DNA from: Eledone cirrhosa
Lineage: Eukaryota
DNA: 64,000 nt
Direction of reading: 5' to 3'
Assembly: GCA_964016885.1 (NCBI GenBank)
Contig: OZ024744.1
Coordinates: forward strand, 120,280,001-120,344,000
In this document: positions 55,741 through 64,000 of the stretch, one piece after another
How the letters are laid out: each line of letters begins with the position of its first letter
How positions within the stretch are numbered: the stretch's first letter is position 1
Made by a program: the position numbers and the translations under genes
Notes under the pieces: model-generated
Seen by the model: the letters and a program-made list of their open reading frames with translations, nothing else
Databases searched by the model: none
What the model was told of the DNA's origin: nothing

Positions 55741-58700
55741 ATTCTAACCACATGTCATAGTATCAGAGCTGTGATCTCTTAATTTAGAGATTATTTCATG
55801 AGATATTCTAACCACATGTCATAGTATCAGAGGCGTGATCTCTCAATTCAGAGATTCTTGCCTGACACATACTAACCACATGTCAAAGTATTAGAGCTGT
55901 GATCTCTCAATTCAGAGATTCTTTCCTGAGACATTCTATCCACATGTCACAGTATCAGAGCTATGATCTCTCAATTCAGAGATTCTTTCCTGAGACATTC
56001 TTCCCACATCTCATAGTGTCAGAGCTGTGATCTCTCAATTCAGACATTCTTTCCTGAGACATTCTAACCACATGTCATAGTATCAGAGCTGTGATCTCTC
56101 AATTTAGAGATTCTTTCATGAGATATTCTAACCACATGTCATAGTATCAGAGATGTGATCTCTCAATTCAGAGATTCTTTCCTGAGACATTCTAACCACA
56201 TGTCATAGTATTAGATATGTGATCTCTCAATTCAGAGATTCTTTCCTGTGAAATTCTAACCACATGTCTGTAGTATCAGAGCTGTGATCTCTCAATTCAG
56301 AGACTCTTTCCTGAGACATTCTTACCACATCTCATAGTATCAGAGCTGTGATCTCTCAATTCAGAGATTCTTTCCTGAGACAATCTAACAACATGTCATA
56401 GTATTGGAGCTGTGATCTCTCAATTCAGAGATTCTTTCCTGAGACATTCTAACCACATGTCGTAGTATCAGAGCTGTGATATCTCAATTCAGAGATTCTT
56501 TCCTGAGATATTCTAACCACATGTCATAGTATCAGAGCTGTGATCTCTTAATTTAGAGATTATTTCATGAGATATTCTAACCACATGTCATAGTATCAGA
56601 GCCGTGATCTCTCAATTCAGAGATTCTTTCCTGACACATACTAACCACATGTCACAGTATCAGAGCTGTGATCTCTCAATTCAGAGATTCTTTCCTCAGA
56701 CATTCTAACCACATCTCATAGTATCACAGCTGTGATCTCTCAATTCAGAGATTCTTTCCTGAGATATTCTAACCACATGTCATAGTATCAGAGCTGTCAT
56801 CTCTCAATTCAGAGATTCTTTCCTGAGACATTCTAACCACATGTCATAGTATCAGAACTGTGATCTCTTAATTTAGAGAATCTATCTTGAGATAATCTAA
56901 CCACATGTCATAGTATCAGAGCTGTGATCTCTCAATTCAGAGATTCTTTCCTGAGACATTCTAACCACATGTCATAGTATTAGAGCTGTGATCTCTCAAT
57001 TCAGAGATTCTTTCCTGAGAAATTCTAACCACATGTCTGTAGTATCAGAGCTGTGATCTCTCAATTCAGAGATTATTTCCTGAGACATTCTAACTCCATG
57101 TCCACAGTATCAGAGCTGTGATCTCTCAATTCAGAGATTCTTTCCTGATACATTCTAACCACATGTCATAGTATCAGAGCTGTGATCTCTCAATTCAGAG
57201 ATTCTTTCCTGAGACATTCTAGCCACATGTCTGTAGTATCAGAGCTGTGAACTCTCAATTCAGAGATTCTTTCCTGGGACATTCTAACCACATGTCTTAG
57301 TATCAGGTCTGTGATCTCTCAATTCAGAGATTCTTTCCTGAGACATTCTAACCACATGTCTCAGTATCAGAGCTGTGATCTCTCAATTAAGAGATTCTTT
57401 CCTGAGACATTCTAACCACATGTCATAGTATCAGAGCTGTGATATCTCAATTCAGAGATTCTTTCCTGAGATATTCTAACCATATGTCATAGTATCAGAG
57501 CTGTGATATCTCAATTCAGAGATTCTTTCCTGAGACATTCTAACCACATGTCATAGTATCAGAGCTGTGATCTCTTAATTTAGAGATTCTTTCATGAGAT
57601 ATTCTAACCGCATGTCATAGTATTAGAGCTGTGATCTCTCAATTCAGAGATTCTTTCCTGGGACATTCTAACCACATGTCATAGTATCAGGGCTGTGATC
57701 TCTCAATTCAGAGATTCTTTCATGAGACATTCTAACCACATGTCTGTAGTATCAGAGCTGTGATATCTCAATTCAGAGATTCTTTCATGAGACGTTCTAA
57801 CTCCATGTCCACAGTATCAGAGTTGTGATCTCTCAATTCAGAGATTCTTTCCTGAGACATTCTAACCACATGTCATAGTATCAATGCTGTGATCTCTCAA
57901 TTCAGAGATTCTTTCCTGAGATATTCTAACCTCATGTCATAGTATCAGAGCTGTGATCTCCCAATTCAGAGATTCTTTCCTGGGATATTCTAACCACATG
58001 TCATAGTATCAGAGCTGTGATCTCTCAATTCAGATATTCTTTCCTCAGACATTCTAACCACATGTCATAGGATCTGAGTTGTGATCTCTCAATTTAGATA
58101 TTCTCTCCTGAGATATTCTAACCACATGTCATAGTATCAGATCTGTGATCTCTCAATTCAGAAATTCTTTCCTGAGACATTCTAAACACATGTCTGTAGT
58201 ATCAGAGCTCTATGCTCTCAATTCAGAGATTCTTTCCTGAGACAATCTTACAACATGTCATATTATTGGAGCTGTGATCTCTCAATTCAGAGATTCTTTC
58301 CTGAGACATTCTAACCACATGTCATAGTATCAGAGCTGTGATATCTCAATTCAGAGATTCTTTCCTGAGATACTCTAACCACATGTCATAGTATCAGAGC
58401 TGTGATCTCTCAATTCAAAGATTCTTTCTTGAGACATTCTAACTCCATGTCCACAGTATCAGAGCTGTGAACTCTCAATTCAGAGATTCTTTCCTGAGAC
58501 ATTCTAACCACATGTCATATTATCAGAGCTGTGATCTCTCAATTCAGAGATTCTTTCCTGAGACATTCTAACCACATGTCACAGTATCAGAGCTGTGATC
58601 TCTCAATTCAGAGATTCTTTCCTCAGACATTCTAACCACATCTCATAGTATCACAGCTGTGATCTCTCAATTCAGAGATTCTTTCCTGAGATATTCTAAC

Positions 58701-61700
58701 CACATGTCATAGTATCAGAGCTGTCATCTCTCAATTCAGAGATTCTTTCCTGAGACATTCTAACCAAATGTCATATTATTAGAGCTGTGATCTCTCAATT
58801 CAGAGATTCTTTCCTGAGAAATTCTAACCACATGTCTGTAGTATCAGAGCTGTGATTTCTCAATTCAGAGATTATTTCCTGAGACATTCTAACTCCATGT
58901 CCACAGTATCAGAGCTGTGATCTCTCAATTCAGAGATTCTTTCCTGAGACGTTCTAACCACATGTCATAGTATTAGTGCTGTGATCTCTCAATTCAGATA
59001 TTCTTTCATGAGATATTCTAACCACATGTCATAGTATCAGAGCTGTGATCGCTCAATTCAGAGATTCTTTCCTGGGACATTCTAACCACATGTCATAGTA
59101 TCAGGGCTGTGATCTCTCAATTCAGAGATTCTTTCCTGAGACATTCTAACCACATGTCACAGTATCAGAGCTGTGATCTCTCAATTAAGAGATTCTTTCC
59201 TGAGACATTCTAACCACATGTCATAGTATCAGAGCTGTGATATCTCAATTCAGATATTCTTTCCTGAGATATTCTAACCACATGTCATAGTATCAGAGCT
59301 GTCATCTCTGAATTCAGAGATTCTTTCCTGAGACATTCTAACCACATGTCATAGTATCAGAGCTGTGATCTCTTAATTTAGAGATTATTTCATGAGATAT
59401 TCTAACCACATGTCATAGTATCAGAGGCGTGATCTCTCAATTCAGAGATTCTTGCCTGACACATACTAACCACATGTCAAAGTATTAGAGCTGTGATCTC
59501 TCAATTCAGAGATTCTTTCCTGAGACATTCTATCCACATGTCACAGTATCAGAGCTGTGATCTCTCAATTCAGAGATTCTTTCCTGAGACATTCTTCCCA
59601 CATCTCATAGTGTCAGAGCTGTGATCTCTCAATTCAGACATTCTTTCCTGAGACATTCTAACCACATGTCATAGTATCAGAGCTGTGATCTCTCAATTTA
59701 GAGATTCTTTCATGAGATATTCTAACCACATGTCATAGTATCAGAGATGTGATCTCTCAATTCAGAGATTCTTTCCTGAGACATTCTAACCACATGTCAT
59801 AGTATTAGATATGTGATCTCTCAATTCAGAGATTCTTTCCTGTGAAATTCTAACCACATGTCTGTAGTATCAGAGCTGTGATCTCTCAATTCAGAGACTC
59901 TTTCCTGAGACATTCTTACCACATCTCATAGTATCAGAGCTGTGATCTCTCAATTCAGAGATTCTTTCCTGAGACAATCTAACAACATGTCATAGTATTG
60001 GAGCTGTGATCTCTCAATTCAGAGATTCTTTCCTGAGACATTCTAACCACATGTCGTAGTATCAGAGCTGTGATATCTCAATTCAGAGATTCTTTCCTGA
60101 GATATTCTAACCACATGTCATAGTATCAGAGCTGTGATCTCTTAATTTAGAGATTATTTCATGAGATATTCTAACCACATGTCATAGTATCAGAGCCGTG
60201 ATCTCTCAATTCAGAGATTCTTTCCTGACACATACTAACCACATGTCACAGTATCAGAGCTGTGATCTCTCAATTCAGAGATTCTTTCCTCAGACATTCT
60301 AACCACATCTCATAGTATCACAGCTGTGATCTCTCAATTCAGAGATTCTTTCCTGAGATATTCTAACCACATGTCATAGTATCAGAGCTGTCATCTCTCA
60401 ATTCAGAGATTCTTTCCTGAGACATTCTAACCACATGTCATAGTATCAGAACTGTGATCTCTTAATTTAGAGAATCTATCTTGAGATAATCTAACCACAT
60501 GTCATAGTATCAGAGCTGTGATCTCTCAATTCAGAGATTCTTTCCTGAGACATTCTAACCACATGTCATAGTATTAGAGCTGTGATCTCTCAATTCAGAG
60601 ATTCTTTCCTGAGAAATTCTAACCACATGTCTGTAGTATCAGAGCTGTGATCTCTCAATTCAGAGATTATTTCCTGAGACATTCTAACTCCATGTCCACA
60701 GTATCAGAGCTGTGATCTCTCAATTCAGAGATTCTTTCCTGATACATTCTAACCACATGTCATAGTATCAGAGCTGTGATCTCTCAATTCAGAGATTCTT
60801 TCCTGAGACATTCTAGCCACATGTCTGTAGTATCAGAGCTGTGAACTCTCAATTCAGAGATTCTTTCCTGGGACATTCTAACCACATGTCTTAGTATCAG
60901 GTCTGTGATCTCTCAATTCAGAGATTCTTTCCTGAGACATTCTAACCACATGTCTCAGTATCAGAGCTGTGATCTCTCAATTAAGAGATTCTTTCCTGAG
61001 ACATTCTAACCACATGTCATAGTATCAGAGCTGTGATATCTCAATTCAGAGATTCTTTCCTGGGACATTCTAACCACATGTCATAGTATCAGGGCTGTGA
61101 TCTCTCAATTCAGAGATTCTTTCATGAGACATTCTAACCACATGTCTGTAGTATCAGAGCTGTGATATCTCAATTCAGAGATTCTTTCATGAGACGTTCT
61201 AACTCCATGTCCACAGTATCAGAGTTGTGATCTCTCAATTCAGAGATTCTTTCCTGAGACATTCTAACCACATGTCATAGTATCAATGCTGTGATCTCTC
61301 AATTCAGAGATTCTTTCCTGAGATATTCTAACCTCATGTCATAGTATCAGAGCTGTGATCTCCCAATTCAGAGATTCTTTCCTGGGATATTCTAACCACA
61401 TGTCATAGTATCAGAGCTGTGATCTCTCAATTCAGATATTCTTTCCTCAGACATTCTAACCACATGTCATAGGATCAGAGTTGTGATCTCTCAATTTAGA
61501 TATTCTCTCCTGAGATATTCTAACCACATGTCATAGTATCAGATCTGTGATCTCTCAATTCAGAAATTCTTTCCTGAGACATTCTAAACACATGTCTGTA
61601 GTATCAGAGCTCTATGCTCTCAATTCAGAGATTCTTTCCTGAGACAAGCTAACAACATGTCATATTATTGGAGCTGTGATCTCTCAATTCAGAGATTCTT

Positions 61701-62165
61701 TCCTGAGACATTCTAACCACATGTCATAGTATCAGAGCTGTGATATCTCAATTCAGAGATTCTTTCCTGAGATACTCTAACCACATGTCATAGTATCAGA
61801 GCTGTGATCTCTCAATTCAAAGATTCTTTCTTGAGACATTCTAACTCCATGTCCACAGTATCAGAGCTGTGAACTCTCAATTCAGAGATTCTTTCCTGAG
61901 ACATTCTAACCACATGTCATAGTATCAGAGCTGTGATCTCTCAATTCAGAGATTCTTTCCTGAGACATTCTAACCACATGTCACAGTATCAGAGCTGTGA
62001 TCTCTCAATTCAGAGATTCTTTCCTCAGACATTCTAACCACATCTCATAGTATCACAGCTGTGATCTCTCAATTCAGAGATTCTTTCCTGAGATATTCTA
62101 ACCACATGTCATAGTATCAGAGCTGTCATCTCTCAATTCAGAGATTCTTTCCTGAGACATTCTAA
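55136..62165. repeat. Tandem higher-order duplication, period 3594 bp (56 monomers), falling to 3402 bp after a 3-monomer indel
   Basis: AGGCGTGATC at 55831 and 59425 (offset 3594). TCAATGCT at 57881 and 61283, and CAATTCAAAG at 58411 and 61813 (offset 3402). Confidence 0.92.
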
Positions 62166-64000
62166 CCACATGTCATAGTATCAGAACTGTGATCTCTTAA
62201 TTTAGAGATTCTATCATGAGATAATCTAACCACATGTCATAGTATCAGAGCTGTGATCTCTCAATTCAGAGATTCTTTACTGAGACATTCTAACCACATG
62301 TCATAGTATTAGAGCTGTGATCTCTCAATTCAGAGATTCTTTCCTGAGAAATTCTAACCACATGTCTGTAGTATCAGAGCTGTGATCTCTCAATTCAGAG
62401 ATTATTTCCTGAGACATTCTGACTCCATGTCCACAGTATGAGAGCTGTGATCTCTCAATTCACAGATTCTTTCCTGAGACATTCTAACCACATGTCATAG
62501 TATCAGTCTTGTGATCTCTCAATTCAGAGATTCTTTCATGAGATATTCTAACCACATGTCATAGTATCAGAGCTGTGATCTCTCAATTCAGAGATTCTTT
62601 CCTGGGATATTCTAACCACATGTCATAGTATCAGAGGTGTGATCTCTCAATTCAGATATTCTTTCCTGAGACATTCTAACCACATGTCATAGTATCAGAG
62701 CTGTGATCTCTCAATTCAGAGATTCTTTCCTGAGACATTCTAACCACATGTCATAGTATTAGAGCTGTGATCTCTCAATTCAGAGATTCTTTCCTGAGAC
62801 ATTCTTACCACATGTCATATTATCAGAGCTGTGACCTCTCAATTTAGAGATTCTTTCCTGAGACATTCTAACCACATGTCATAGTATCAGAACTGTGATC
62901 TCTCAATTCAGAGATTCTTTCCTGAGACATTCTAACCACATGTCATAGTATCAGAGCTGTGATCTCTCAATTCAGAGATTCTTTCCTGATACATTCTAAC
63001 CACATGTAATTGTATCAGAGCTGTGATCTCTCAATTCAGAGATTCTTTCCTGAGACATTCTAACCACATGTCTGTAGTATCAATGCTGTGAACTCTCAAT
63101 TCAGAGATTCTTTCCTGAGACAATCTAACAACATGTCATAGTATTGGAGCTGTGATCTCTCAATTCAGAGATTCTTTCCTGAGACATTCTAACCACATGT
63201 CATAGTATCAGAGCTGTGATCTCTCAATTAAGAGATTCTTTCCTGAGACATTCTAACCACATGTCATAGTATCAGAGCTGTGATATCTCAATTCAGAGAT
63301 TCTTTCCTGAGATATTCTAACCATATGTCATAGTATCAGAGCTGTGATATCTCAATTCAGAGATTCTTTCCTGAGACATTCTAACCACATGTCATAGTAT
63401 CAGAGCTGTGATCTCTTAATTTAGAGATTCTTTCATGAGATATTCTAACCACATGTCATAGTATTAGAGCTGTGATCTCTCAATTCAGAGATTCTTTCCT
63501 GAGACATTCAAACCACATGTCTGTATTATCAGAGCCGTGAACTCTCAATTCAGAGATTCTTTCCTGGGACATTCTAACCACATGTCATAGTATCAGGGCT
63601 GTGATCTCTCAATTCAGAGATTCTTTCATGAGACATTCTAACCACATGTCACAGTATCAGAGCTGTGATATCTCAATTCAGAGATTCTTTCATGAGACGT
63701 TCTAACTCCATGTCCACAGTATCAGATTTGTGATCTCTCAATTCAGAGATTCTTTCCTGAGACATTCTAACCACATGTCATAGTATCAGAGCTGTGATCT
63801 CCCAATTTAGGTATTCTTTCCTTAGATATTCTAACCACATGTCATAGTATTAGAGCTGTGATCTCTCAATTCAGAAATTCTTTCCTGAGACATTCTAAAC
63901 ACATGTCTGTAGTATCAGAGCTGTATGCTCTCAATTCAGAGATTCTTTCCTGAGACAATCTAACAACATGTCATAGTATTAGAGCTGTGATCATTCAATT

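Larger units (their letters stand above)
1..64000. repeat. Tandem satellite DNA array, 64-bp monomer, about 1,000 copies, head-to-tail, running off both window ends
   Basis: CTCAATT starts at 1, 65, 129, 194, 259 and so on. The same unit, with a few substitutions per copy and occasional 46/61/62/63/65/68/72-bp length variants, continues to position 64000 with no non-repeat sequence and no change of orientation. Confidence 0.99.

Noticed and set aside
1-64000. CRISPR array (the 64-65-bp period resembles repeat plus spacer, with a palindromic segment)
   Set aside because: There are no unique spacers. The entire unit is conserved, variation is scattered point changes, and there is no leader or cas gene.
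1-64000. Repetitive protein-coding ORF
   Set aside because: The consensus has plus-strand stops in all three frames (TGA at 22, TAA at 32, TAG at 45) and minus-strand stops in all three frames (TCA at 2, 7 and 42). The unit length is also not a multiple of 3.
1-64000. Tandem tRNA, snoRNA or miRNA cluster
   Set aside because: There is no cloverleaf or Pol III A/B box pattern, and the stems are only 6-8 bp, too short for pre-miRNA. No RNA family is recognisable.
1-64000. Alpha satellite, CENP-B box, telomeric repeat or G-quadruplex array
   Set aside because: The monomer length is wrong, no TTCG....A..CGGG motif or TTAGGG-type tract was seen, and there are no clustered G-runs on either strand.
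1-64000. Embedded transposon, inversion or unique island
   Set aside because: Reading through, every line stays in monomer phase and orientation. The longest non-consensus stretch is about 12 bp (near 49557 and 52957).
1-64000. Variant pattern as an encoded or programmed information store, or a diversity-generating cassette system
   Set aside because: The variant order is explained by descent through nested duplications, and no recombinase, reverse transcriptase or expression locus is present.

Overview
The whole 64-kb window is one uninterrupted, single-orientation tandem satellite array of about 1,000 copies of a 64-bp monomer. Consensus read from the sequence: CTCAATTCAGAGATTCTTTCCTGAGA[C/T]ATTCTAACCACATGTCATAGTATCAGAGCTGTGATCT (about 61% AT, no CpG). 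I found no genes, RNA genes, transposons, inversions or unique sequence, and the consensus has stop codons in all six frames. It looks like eukaryotic heterochromatic satellite DNA, but I cannot identify the organism or family from sequence alone. The real structure is (i) a monomer built from several near-palindromes spaced about 16 bp apart, (ii) an old, recurring order of monomer variants, and (iii) a mosaic of recent local tandem duplications of variable size (2, 11, 12, 14, 17, 25/27, 30, 38, 52/53, 53/56 and 82 monomers) instead of one fixed higher-order repeat. Duplication offsets were measured by hand from diagnostic variants, so block boundaries are approximate to within about one monomer. 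I see no evidence of a novel gene-based system here.
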